From Longimicrobiales bacterium (GTDB lineage: Bacteria > Gemmatimonadota > Gemmatimonadetes > Longimicrobiales > Gaopeijiaceae): 64,000 bases of DNA. Within the stretch, counting starts at the first letter, position 1, and each line of letters begins with the position of its first letter. The DNA lies in the NCBI GenBank assembly GCA_965226375.1, contig CBDDCX010000006.1, forward strand, positions 480,001 through 544,000. Direction: 5' to 3'. Below the pieces are notes generated by a model. That model was given only the letters and a program-made list of their open reading frames with translations, made no database searches and had not been told where the DNA came from. Below, piece after piece: positions 50,443 to 59,468 of the stretch. The position numbers were made by a program, and so were the translations under genes.

Positions 50443-51134
50443 GAGCTCCCGCTCTCGAATTCAGGATCCGACGGTACTTCGGCGACGGATCCCACCTCGG
50501 TTGTCACGTCACCTTCCGACGCTGGCCCGGTTCCCAGCAGCGTGGCCATACCCTCGTCCGACACCTCCTGCAGCCTCTCCAGAATCGAACCCTGCAGCAG
50601 AGCGGTGCCAGACAGCACGATGAGAAAGAAGAGCAACAAAGAGGGGGCACCGAGGCGCGACAGCCCGCTCGACCCGGCCATCAGAACCCCGAGAGCGGCA
50701 CCCAAAAACGCGAACGCGCCTGAGCTGTTTCGCCCGACAGTCGTCGCGACCGTAGATATCGCCGCCAGCAGACGACCACAAGCGTACAGTGGCAAGGCTC
50801 CCAACAAGGCCAAACCGAACGCTTGCGTGCGAGCCACGGCCCCGAACCCTTCCCCAAACGTCCAGGCGACCGTAAAGGCCGACGCGGCCAAGAAGGCAAC
50901 GAGAACGGACAGCCATCGCTGCCGGAGTACTCTGACCACCCTCGGCCAATCCTCCCCCACCGGGGGGCTGGCAAGTCCCACGCCAAGTGACACCAGCTCC
51001 ACCGCCACGATCAGCGTCAACGATCTGAGCATTCCTTCGCCCGAATACAGTAGGAGAGCCACGGCCACAGCCGCCGCTGTGGCCGCAGCCGCTCCCACCA
51101 CGAAAGAAGGCACCCAAACCAGGCGGGCCCTCAA
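50439..51134 (-). CDS. Hypothetical ~6-TM membrane protein coupled to the sbcD-like gene
   Basis: Multiple hydrophobic helices and an acidic tail; its stop overlaps the next ATG (ATGA). Loosely resembles the membrane half of fused spermidine synthases (inference). Confidence 0.65.
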   Translation of the reverse strand: MRARLVWVPSFVVGAAAATAAAVAVALLLYSGEGMLRSLTLIVAVELVSLGVGLASPPVGEDWPRVVRVLRQRWLSVLVAFLAASAFTVAWTFGEGFGAVARTQAFGLALLGALPLYACGRLLAAISTVATTVGRNSSGAFAFLGAALGVLMAGSSGLSRLGAPSLLLFFLIVLSGTALLQGSILERLQEVSDEGMATLLGTGPASEGDVTTEVGSVAEVPSDPEFESGSS

Positions 51135-51230
51135 CGTGTGGCCGTATTCCGTAAAGCGACCTCGTCCGGGGCCGGCCTGTGGTAAGGCGACATCTTTGAT
51201 TTCCCCCAGGGGCCGGGATAGTTTTTCCGC

Positions 51231-52241
51231 ATGGTCAAAGGCCTTCAGAGGGTCCCGTTGCTCGGGATTGTAATGGTCGCTTTGGGATGCGACAACGTGG
51301 AGTGGGGAGGGATCGACGTGGCCCTGAGAGCTCCTTCGGAGCCGACGATCATGGAGACCTCCGCTCCGTCAGTCGACACCACTACCGCACGCACGGACAC
51401 CACGGCCGCAGAATCCGTTCTCTTTGTCGGCCGCCGGGTTGGACCTGAAGCATGGTTGGTGCCTGTGGCTGAGCTACATACCGATGGGCTGCGGCCGCTC
51501 CCCGGAGATGGGTCGGAACAAGAGGTCCAGGCGTTCGCCGAGCGGTATTTCGCACCCGGTGCGACCTTTACTCTCTTCTCCGAAGGGGTGCGCGTGGGCA
51601 CTCTCACGGCAACCGGATACGGCACGGACACCCCTTACTGCGGGGCCAGACCGCAGGTCACCGGTCCCATCGAGCTGGTGCCGAGCGCCGCTGCCACCAC
51701 CACCTTCCTCGCCGTTCCCGACCAAATCGCAGCGACGGTGCCGTACGACGACTATGCGCCCGTGCAGCAAACCCGCGACCTCAGGGTCACTTCGCTCAAC
51801 ATGATGAGGGCGCTCCTACCCACTCTCGGCTCTCCATGGCCCGCATCCGTCCTCGAGATCCGACGGGATATTCAGGTCTTTCGAAGTAGCCCCGACGCGA
51901 ACCCCACGGTCGTCGCGACCTTCGTGTACGACGACTCTCTTCAGGTGGGGCCCGGGTCCGCCAGCGCCTACTCGGTATTCCTCGTAGCCTCCGACCCCGA
52001 CGGCGGAGGGTATCAGACCACGTACGTCGATCACCGGGTATGGAGCCAGCACGGTAAGGGTGCTGCGCGTTATTTCGAGCGGATGGACGTGGACGGCGAC
52101 GGCACACCAGAGCTCGTTCTGGAAGTCTTGGGCGAGAGATCGATCTGGATCTCTGTCTTGAAGCGAAGCGATGACGGCTGGACCGAGCTGTACCGAGACC
52201 CTTGCGGCCTTCCGGCGCCCCCAGGCTCCGGGGCTCCGTGA
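51231..52241 (+). CDS. Hypothetical lipoprotein with DxDGDG Ca-binding-like motif
   Basis: Lipobox VALGC, Thr-rich linker and DVDGDGTPELVL. Confidence 0.7.
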   Translation: MVKGLQRVPLLGIVMVALGCDNVEWGGIDVALRAPSEPTIMETSAPSVDTTTARTDTTAAESVLFVGRRVGPEAWLVPVAELHTDGLRPLPGDGSEQEVQAFAERYFAPGATFTLFSEGVRVGTLTATGYGTDTPYCGARPQVTGPIELVPSAAATTTFLAVPDQIAATVPYDDYAPVQQTRDLRVTSLNMMRALLPTLGSPWPASVLEIRRDIQVFRSSPDANPTVVATFVYDDSLQVGPGSASAYSVFLVASDPDGGGYQTTYVDHRVWSQHGKGAARYFERMDVDGDGTPELVLEVLGERSIWISVLKRSDDGWTELYRDPCGLPAPPGSGAP

Positions 52242-52260
52242 CGCGAGTGTCCGGTCGCTA

Positions 52261-53178
52261 GTGTCCACCGTCAGGATTCGGTCAAATGGTCTCCTCCGGT
52301 TCGGCACCTGGGGGCTGATCGCCGCCCAGTTGAGTTGTGCAAGCGACGGCGAGCCCGCTGGAGGCGCGGCTTCCGCGATCGCATCCGGCGGCCCGACGGG
52401 GAACCGCTTTCCCGTCGCAGTCATCGACGACTCGGGTGTTCAGCACCGCTTCGATACTGCGCCCACCAGGATCGTCTCCCTCGTTCCGTCGGCCACAGAG
52501 ACCCTCCTGGCGTTGGGCGTCCGCGAGCACCTCGTGGGCCGAACGGACTATGACCGTCTGCCGGAGCTCGCCGAGTTACCATCGGTCGGAGGTGGACTCC
52601 AGCCCAACCTCGAGGTGCTGGTCTCTCTCGCTCCCGACCTCGTCATCCGGTTCGAAGGCGAGTCGGATCGAGCCACGGCCGACCGTCTGAGCGACCTGGG
52701 CATTCCTCACTTCGCCATCCAACCGGATGGCATCGCGGACGTGCAGGCGAGCATCAGACATCTCGGAGCCATTACCGGCGCTGGCGCTGCCGCCGACTCG
52801 CTCCTGGCGGAGATCCAGGAGGCTCTGGACGATGTGGCGTCGCGTGTCGAAGGCCTACCCCGTCGCAAGGTCATATACCTCATGGGTGGCGAGCCACCAT
52901 GGGTAGCCGGTCCCGGGACGTACATACACGAGCTTATGGTCGCCGGGGGCGCGGAGAACGTCTTCAGTGACCTCGAGGGCTTGTACGGTCCCATCAGCCT
53001 CGAGGAGTTGATCACTCGTGAGGTGGATCTGATCCTCGTCTCAGAGGGTGGTGTTGCTCAGCGCGTGTCCGATGTCGAGCATGCGCCGCTGCCCAGTTGG
53101 GTGGAGGTGCCCGGACCCCGATTGGGAGAGGCCGCCAGAACGATCGCACGCTTGATTCATCCCGGGGCCTTCCGGTGA
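52261..53178 (+). CDS. Helical-backbone substrate-binding protein (BtuF/cobalamin-siderophore type)
   Basis: RIVSLVPSATETLLALG, PNLEVLVSLAPDLV, AGPGTYIHEL and PGPRL; possible lipobox QLSC. Confidence 0.85.
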   Translation: MSTVRIRSNGLLRFGTWGLIAAQLSCASDGEPAGGAASAIASGGPTGNRFPVAVIDDSGVQHRFDTAPTRIVSLVPSATETLLALGVREHLVGRTDYDRLPELAELPSVGGGLQPNLEVLVSLAPDLVIRFEGESDRATADRLSDLGIPHFAIQPDGIADVQASIRHLGAITGAGAAADSLLAEIQEALDDVASRVEGLPRRKVIYLMGGEPPWVAGPGTYIHELMVAGGAENVFSDLEGLYGPISLEELITREVDLILVSEGGVAQRVSDVEHAPLPSWVEVPGPRLGEAARTIARLIHPGAFR

Positions 53179-54164
53179 AGCAGTACGCGTGGGCTGGAGT
53201 GCTCCTCTTAGCGGTAGCGGCCGCGTTCGTGGTGAGCATTTGGCTCGGCTCCGTCCAGCTCACACCCTCGGAAGTAGTCGCTGCGCTGACGGGCGACGGC
53301 GATTCGGTCAACCGACGAATCGTTGTCGAGCTGCGGGCGCCCCGAGCGGCGCTCGCCATACTGGTAGGTGGAGGCCTGGCCCTGGCCGGAGCCGTCTTTC
53401 AGGCGTTACTCCGCAACCCGCTCGCGGAGCCATACATTCTGGGCATCTCCGGCGGTGCTGCCACAGGGGCCGTCTTGGCGCTCGCCCTCGGCCTGGTGGC
53501 CAGTCATTCCTGGGCTCTGCCGGCCGCATCGTTCGCGGGAGCGATCCTGGCCGTGGTGCTCGTGCTGAGGGTGGCGGTGGCCGCCGATAACCGTGTCGAC
53601 GTCCGCGTACTGCTTCTCGCCGGGGTCGTGGTGGGGGCGTTCTTCGCCGCATGTATCGCCTTTGTCTTGTCGGTCTCCGACGCGCGCACGGTACGCAGCG
53701 CGGTCCTGTGGATGATGGGTAGCCTGGCCGGAGCCGATTGGACCACCGTGGGGACCGTGACACTGTACACGGTGCCGGCTGCAGCGCTGCTGGTCGGCCT
53801 CGCTCGCCCGCTCAACCTCATGGCGATCGGCGAGGAGACGGCCGGGTACCTCGGCACCAACGTGGAGGGCGTCAAGAGGACCGCTTACGTGGTGGCTTCG
53901 CTCCTGACCGCAGCGGGCGTTGCCGCGACGGGCGTGATCGGGTTCGTGGGACTCATCGTGCCCCACGGCGTGAGGCTGGTCGCGGGCTCCGACTATCGGA
54001 CTCTGCTTCCCCTGTCCTTCCTTGCCGGAGCTGTTTTTTTGACCTTGGCCGACGTCGTTGCTCGGACGGTTCTTTCGCCCACCGAGGTACCGATCGGTGT
54101 TATTACCGCCTTCGTGGGAGTCCCTTTGTTCCTGGTTCTTCTGCGGCGAAGCTTGGGAGGCTGA
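53175..54164 (+). CDS. FecCD/BtuC-family ABC permease
   Basis: LRAPRA, QALLRNPLAEPYILG, GVIGFVGLIVPH and EVPIGVITAFVG motifs. Confidence 0.92.
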   Translation: MKQYAWAGVLLLAVAAAFVVSIWLGSVQLTPSEVVAALTGDGDSVNRRIVVELRAPRAALAILVGGGLALAGAVFQALLRNPLAEPYILGISGGAATGAVLALALGLVASHSWALPAASFAGAILAVVLVLRVAVAADNRVDVRVLLLAGVVVGAFFAACIAFVLSVSDARTVRSAVLWMMGSLAGADWTTVGTVTLYTVPAAALLVGLARPLNLMAIGEETAGYLGTNVEGVKRTAYVVASLLTAAGVAATGVIGFVGLIVPHGVRLVAGSDYRTLLPLSFLAGAVFLTLADVVARTVLSPTEVPIGVITAFVGVPLFLVLLRRSLGG

Positions 54165-54172
54165 GGGCGTTG

Positions 54173-54979
54173 ATGTCCCACCAAGCCAACGCGTTGGAGG
54201 CCGTGGACCTCACGGTCCACTATCCGGGAGCGGACCATGCGGCCCTGGACGGCGTGTCCATGGTCGTTCCCCGCGGAGCCTTCTACGCGGTCCTCGGACC
54301 CAACGGATCAGGAAAGTCGACACTCCTCAGGGCCTTGCTCGGAATGGTCCCCTCGGTGACGGGAGGGACCAGGGTTTCGGGTCGAACCGTTTCGGAGTGG
54401 AACCGGCGGGCCCTGGCCAGGGAGGTGGGTGTCGTAGCCCAAGCGGAGTCCCTTGCGTTCCCACTCACGGTCCGTGATCTCGTAGGCATGGGGCGCTATC
54501 CGTACCTGGGACCGCTTCAGCCCGCGACTCAGACGGACCGGGAAGCGATCCAGCGGGCGATGGAGCGTTGCGACATCTGGGAGCTCGGACACCGATTCGT
54601 CTCGACCCTGTCAGGGGGAGAGCTCCAACGGGCACGAGTCGCCAGGGCACTGGCGCAGGAGCCGAACGTGTTGATGCTCGACGAGCCCACGGCCAGTCTG
54701 GACATCCGCCATGAGATGGAAATCCTCGAACTGCTCAGGTCTTCGGCGGACGGAGGGATGACGATCTTTCTCATCACCCACCATCTCGACCTGGCAGCCC
54801 GCTTCGCAGACCGGGTGCTGCTTCTGGATCAGGGCCGCGTTGCGGCCGAGGGGGAGCCCCGTGACGTCCTTCGGGAAAGCACGCTTCAGCAGGTCTACCA
54901 GTGGCCCGTGGCCGTCGCTGACGATCCAGGTACCGGTGTCCTTCGTGTGACTCCCCTGTCCGGCAGTTACAAATCCTAG
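54173..54979 (+). CDS. ABC transporter ATP-binding protein (FhuC/BtuD type)
   Basis: GPNGSGKST, GRYPY, LSGGELQR and MLDEPTASLD motifs. Confidence 0.92.
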   Translation: MSHQANALEAVDLTVHYPGADHAALDGVSMVVPRGAFYAVLGPNGSGKSTLLRALLGMVPSVTGGTRVSGRTVSEWNRRALAREVGVVAQAESLAFPLTVRDLVGMGRYPYLGPLQPATQTDREAIQRAMERCDIWELGHRFVSTLSGGELQRARVARALAQEPNVLMLDEPTASLDIRHEMEILELLRSSADGGMTIFLITHHLDLAARFADRVLLLDQGRVAAEGEPRDVLRESTLQQVYQWPVAVADDPGTGVLRVTPLSGSYKS

Positions 54980-55016
54980 GGCTTGGCCGCCTCTGGACTC
55001 GGTCCGGGACAGGACA

Positions 55017-55916
55017 CTAGGACTCGGCCTCTTCGAACAGTATCCGGTAACTCTCGAATCGGCCCGGGTCGACCTCTTCGGCATCGACGGCTTCGCGCAC
55101 GGCGCAATCCGGCTCATGCAGGTGACTACACTCTCGAAAGCGACAACCTGTCGAGAGGGCGCGGAGTTCCGGAAAGCACGTGTCGAGGTCGACCCGGCGT
55201 ACCCCCCAAACTCCGATGTCACTGAAGCCCGGTGTGTCCGCGACGAGTCCGCCACAGCGAAGCTGGATCAGCCGTGAGGAAACAGTGGTGTGGCGACCGG
55301 TACCCCGCTTTCGGCTGAGCTCACCGGTTCTGAGCGCGTGCTCCGGCTCCAGAGCGTTCACCAGGCTCGACTTGCCCACCCCGGACGGTCCGGCCAACGC
55401 CGCGATACCATGACAAAGCTGCTCGGCAAGTGCGTCCATGCCCTCGCCGGTCTCGGCGCTCACCTTCAAGACGCGGTACTCCAAGGGCTCGTAGACCCTC
55501 TGAATCTCCTCCGCCACCTCACCGGCGCCCTCCAGATCCATCTTGTTCAGAACCACGACCGGGGTGACTCCACCATACTCGGCCACGACCAACAGCCGAT
55601 CGATGAGATCACGGCGTGGCTTGGGTCGGCTGGAGGCGAATACGGCGAGGAGTCGATCGGCGTTGGCCACCAGGACCTTGGTGGAGCGGCCTCCGAAGCG
55701 GCTACGTGTGATGGACGTCTCGCGTGGCAGAACCTCTTCGATGACGTGGGTGTCTTCACCCGCCTCGGCAACACGGACTCGGTCGCCGATAACTACCTGA
55801 TCTCCCGTGCGCCGCTCGAGCTTGAGTCGACCTCTCAGGGACGCCTCGACAATACCTCCGCGCTCGAGGGCCACAGTGTACACCCCACCGCCGACGAGGT
55901 GGACCATGCCCGTCAT
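55017..55916 (-). CDS. rsgA: Ribosome small subunit-dependent GTPase A
   Basis: Circularly permuted G motifs NKMD, GPSGVGKSS, GRHTT and DTPGF; zinc finger CRFRECSHLHEPDC. Confidence 0.95.
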   Translation of the reverse strand: MTGMVHLVGGGVYTVALERGGIVEASLRGRLKLERRTGDQVVIGDRVRVAEAGEDTHVIEEVLPRETSITRSRFGGRSTKVLVANADRLLAVFASSRPKPRRDLIDRLLVVAEYGGVTPVVVLNKMDLEGAGEVAEEIQRVYEPLEYRVLKVSAETGEGMDALAEQLCHGIAALAGPSGVGKSSLVNALEPEHALRTGELSRKRGTGRHTTVSSRLIQLRCGGLVADTPGFSDIGVWGVRRVDLDTCFPELRALSTGCRFRECSHLHEPDCAVREAVDAEEVDPGRFESYRILFEEAES

Positions 55917-55942
55917 GTGCTCAGCCAGATCGGCAACCCATG

Positions 55943-55992
55943 AAAAAAAAACCCGCCCTCCACCGAGATCGTCTCATCTCGGGGAGGGCGGG
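55943..55992 (-). terminator. Intrinsic terminator after the sigma-70 gene
   Basis: Minus strand CCCGCCCTCC-CCGAGAT...ATCTCGG-T-GGAGGGCGGG followed by nine T. Confidence 0.88.
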
Positions 55993-56009
55993 GCTTCCCT
56001 GCCTACGTG

Positions 56010-56918
56010 TCACGCCGCGAACGACTCCAGCGCGTCTCCCTTGCCGCCCTCGCGAAGCCTCCGCAGGGCCCGGTCGCGCAGCTGGCGAATACGCTCGCGC
56101 GTCACACCCAGCATGTTGCCGATCTCCTCGAGCGTATGCTCACGCTCGCCCTCGAGCCCGAAGTACAGGCGGAGCACCCTGGCGTCACGCGCCTCGAGTG
56201 TTTCCAGCGCAACCCCGACCGTCTCGGTTAGAAGCCGGCTCTCGACCTCTTGCTCAGGCTCGGCCGCCTCTTCGGTGATGAACCGCTCGACCAACTGTGA
56301 ATCCTCGCTGTCTCCGATGGGAGCATCGAGCCGGATCTCAGCCGCGTTGAGGGTCTGGAGAGATTCGATCAACTCCGGTGTCAGGTCCGTCGCCGAACTC
56401 AACTCGTCGGCCGTGGGCTCACGATTGAGTTCCTGCTTGAGGCGTTCCTTCTCACGGAAGATGCGCGCCAGATCGGACGCCCGGTTGAGCGGCACTCGAA
56501 CCGCGCGCCCGTGGTTGGCCAGAGATGCCAAAATCGCCTGACGAATCCACCAAACTGCGTAACTGATGAATTTCACGCCCTGCTCGGGATCGAACTTCCT
56601 AGCGGCCGTGACCAAGCCGACGTTGCCTTCCTGAATCAAATCCGTGAGCGCGACACCCCGATTCTGATACTTCTTGGCCACGCTGATGACGAATCGCAGA
56701 TTCGCTCGGGCGAGTTCTTGGATCGCCTCCTGGTCACCCTTCTGAGCGAGTGCGCCGAGCTCCTTCTCCTTGTCGGGGCTGATGAGCTCGTGGCGGCTTA
56801 CGTCCCTCAGATACTGATCCAGGGCGGTCTTTTCTTCGATGCTAGCGTCAAAACCGGCCAGGGGGTTCCCCCGCCCTTTCCGCCTCTTACGCGTAGTCGC
56901 TTTGGAAGCCGTAGCCAT
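56010..56918 (-). CDS. RNA polymerase sigma factor, RpoD/SigA family (short form, no region 1.1)
   Basis: ANLRFVISVAKKY, DLIQEGNVGL, KFISYAVWWIRQAI and TLEEIGNMLGVTRERIRQ motifs. Confidence 0.93.
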   Translation of the reverse strand: MATASKATTRKRRKGRGNPLAGFDASIEEKTALDQYLRDVSRHELISPDKEKELGALAQKGDQEAIQELARANLRFVISVAKKYQNRGVALTDLIQEGNVGLVTAARKFDPEQGVKFISYAVWWIRQAILASLANHGRAVRVPLNRASDLARIFREKERLKQELNREPTADELSSATDLTPELIESLQTLNAAEIRLDAPIGDSEDSQLVERFITEEAAEPEQEVESRLLTETVGVALETLEARDARVLRLYFGLEGEREHTLEEIGNMLGVTRERIRQLRDRALRRLREGGKGDALESFAA

Positions 56919-57315
56919 CGAACGTCTATCTCCTAACTACTCAGGGTTCTTCTCGTTAATCCGACCCTCGCAGGTCGGAGCTGCGTCCCCGTGGGGTATG
57001 CAGCCATTCAAGATATCGGCATACCTTCTTGATGTCTAGATGTTCCGGGCGCCACTTGGACCGTGCACCACGAAGGGGACTCCCACCCGCAGGCACGCGT
57101 CCGGCCACCCGTGACGTGATCTCGATCGCTTCGGCGTCTAACCTCAGAGGCGGCGAATCAGGCAAGTTGGTGGCCACCCTTTGCTAACCCCACGGCCCCC
57201 TCCGGTTCCCCTTTCCTTGAGGTTCGGACTCCGCTTGCGAGGTCCCCCCTTTCTTTGCGCATCTTCCCGCCGCAGTTAAGCTTCCTGCTCAATCTTCTCT
57301 CATCCTGGAGCACCA

Positions 57316-58062
57316 TTGGCACTCACGTGGCGGGTTGCCGGCACCTCGGACCCCGGGCTCAAGCGAAGCCGCAACGAGGACACTCTACTCCTCGACGAAA
57401 CCAGCGGCATCGTGATCGTGGCCGATGGCATCGGTGGCCGTCCTTCCGGTGATGTCGCGTCCGCAGAAGCCGCACGAACCGTCCGGGAAGGCCTGACGTC
57501 CGAAGAATCCGCACTTGGCTGGGGCGAGAGAATGACTGAGGCGGTCAAGCTGGCCAACCGCAACATTTGGGAGGCCGCCCTGGAGGAGCCGGACAACGCG
57601 GGTATGGGCACCACCGTAACCGCACTCGCCATGCAAGGCGACTCTGAGCAATGGGTTATCGGCCACGTGGGTGACAGCCGAGCCTACCTCTTCCGGGATG
57701 GACAGCTCGAGCGCATCACTCGCGACCACACGGTCGTGCAGGAGCTCGTGGAGTCGGGAGCCTTGACGCTGTCGGCAGCGGGGGGGCATCCGCTACGCCA
57801 CCTCATCAACCGAGCGGTCGGGACCGCGGTAGAAGTCGAGTCCAATATCTTCGCCGGATCCGTCCGTGCCGGCGACATCTTCCTTCTGTGTACGGACGGC
57901 CTGGCCGGTCTGATGACGGACGACGAGCTCCAGGAGGCACTCGAGGGCCTCACGTCGGACGGTCTAGACGAGATCACTGACGGCCTGGTTGCGGAAGCTC
58001 ACGCTAGGGGCGCACCGGATAACGTCACGATCGGCTTCCTGGCGATCGACGAAGCGAGTTGA
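57316..58062 (+). CDS. PP2C-family Ser/Thr protein phosphatase
   Basis: RSRNED, VADGIGG, GMGTT, HVGDSRAY, LCTDGL and DNVT motifs. Confidence 0.92.
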   Translation: MALTWRVAGTSDPGLKRSRNEDTLLLDETSGIVIVADGIGGRPSGDVASAEAARTVREGLTSEESALGWGERMTEAVKLANRNIWEAALEEPDNAGMGTTVTALAMQGDSEQWVIGHVGDSRAYLFRDGQLERITRDHTVVQELVESGALTLSAAGGHPLRHLINRAVGTAVEVESNIFAGSVRAGDIFLLCTDGLAGLMTDDELQEALEGLTSDGLDEITDGLVAEAHARGAPDNVTIGFLAIDEAS

Positions 58063-58065
58063 GGA

Positions 58066-59358
58066 TCAGGTCACCGGGCGGGTGATCCTCTCCAACACGA
58101 GATCCCGGTCCAATGAACGGCGCTCGAAGGTGAACACCCTGAGAACCCGAGTGGTCGTGTAGAGCTCCTGCGCCAGGCGCGGCAGGTCGATGACACCCGG
58201 AAGCCCCCCCAGACCCAGCCGCTGGACTTGGCCCGTCCGCCTTTCGATGAGCAAGTCCAACTGGAACATGGTTCGCTTGGCGGGAAAGTCGATGACGACC
58301 TCGCCGGGCTCGAGACCGACTTCTTCTGCCAACTGATCCTCCACGGCCCTCTTCATGGCCGTCTCGGAGACCGCCCAGTCCTCTACGGCGCGATCACCCA
58401 ATTCAGCAGCCGTAACTTCCAGCGCACGCTTGGGAAGCTTTCGGGTTCTGAGGGCCGGAAGCCACCGCGTCGCAAGTCTCTCCGCAATGGGGCTGTCGGA
58501 CGCGCGAGCCCGGCGCGTGATCTCGTAGATCAACTCTTCGTCGGTAGGACCGACGAGCTCCTCAGGGTCGAGGATCTGATCCCGCACGGCCTCATCAACG
58601 ATTCTCTTGTAGAGAGCTGTGGCGGCGCGTACGGCGTGGTGCCAATACACGTTCCTGAACATCTGGTACTTGGCAAAGAGCAGCGACTCCAGTGCCGCCA
58701 CTCCCTTCTCGTGGACCCCGATCTCAGCACGGCCGGTCGCCGGGTCGGTGAGGACTGCGATTCCCTGGAGCAACCGGTCCACGTCCACCTCCCCGTAGGG
58801 GACCCCGCAGAAGCGGGCGTCCCTCCTGAGGTATTCCATCTTGTCCAGGTCCAGGCTGCCCGCCACCAGGCCTCCGAGGGGGTTGTCGCTCCGTCCCTGT
58901 ATCAAAGCGTGGAGCTTGGGCCCGGCATCGGGTCCGATGGTCGCCAGCGCCTCGTTCAACTCGGGCGAGTCGAAGAACCGCACGCTGATCGCCTCATGAT
59001 CGCCTGGTAGCAGATCAGACTCCAACTCCTCCAGGGCATGTGAGAACGCATAGTGGCCGATGTCGTGCAGGAGCGCCGCATAAGGCACCAACAAGGCCTC
59101 ATCCCCGATATCCTCGGGCATGCGATGCGTTTCCTTCATGCTACGGATGGCCGTAACCGTGAGGTGATAGACGCCGAGGGCGTGGTCGAAACGGGTGTGG
59201 GTCGCACCCGGATAGACGAGATGCGCAAAACCGAGCTGTCGAATGTAGCGTAGCCTCTGGAAGGCCTGAGTATCGACGATGCGCATGGCGGTCGCATCCA
59301 GTCGAATCGTATTCCACAGAGGGTCTCGAACGACCCGATCCCGGCTCTCCGAAGGCAT
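58066..59358 (-). CDS. HD-domain phosphohydrolase (SAMHD1/dNTPase-like)
   Basis: RDPLW, FQRLRYIRQLG, VYPGATHTRFDH, LLHDIGH, LDLDKMEYLRRD and VYWHH motifs. Confidence 0.9.
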   Translation of the reverse strand: MPSESRDRVVRDPLWNTIRLDATAMRIVDTQAFQRLRYIRQLGFAHLVYPGATHTRFDHALGVYHLTVTAIRSMKETHRMPEDIGDEALLVPYAALLHDIGHYAFSHALEELESDLLPGDHEAISVRFFDSPELNEALATIGPDAGPKLHALIQGRSDNPLGGLVAGSLDLDKMEYLRRDARFCGVPYGEVDVDRLLQGIAVLTDPATGRAEIGVHEKGVAALESLLFAKYQMFRNVYWHHAVRAATALYKRIVDEAVRDQILDPEELVGPTDEELIYEITRRARASDSPIAERLATRWLPALRTRKLPKRALEVTAAELGDRAVEDWAVSETAMKRAVEDQLAEEVGLEPGEVVIDFPAKRTMFQLDLLIERRTGQVQRLGLGGLPGVIDLPRLAQELYTTTRVLRVFTFERRSLDRDLVLERITRPVT

Positions 59359-59468
59359 GGGCGGACGTTAGCGGCTCGGCGCCATGCAGAGCAATGGCTC
59401 TTTGGGACAGCGCCCCTTATACTTACCGAAGGAAAAGCGAAAGTCCTGTCACCCCGACCCTAGAGGAC

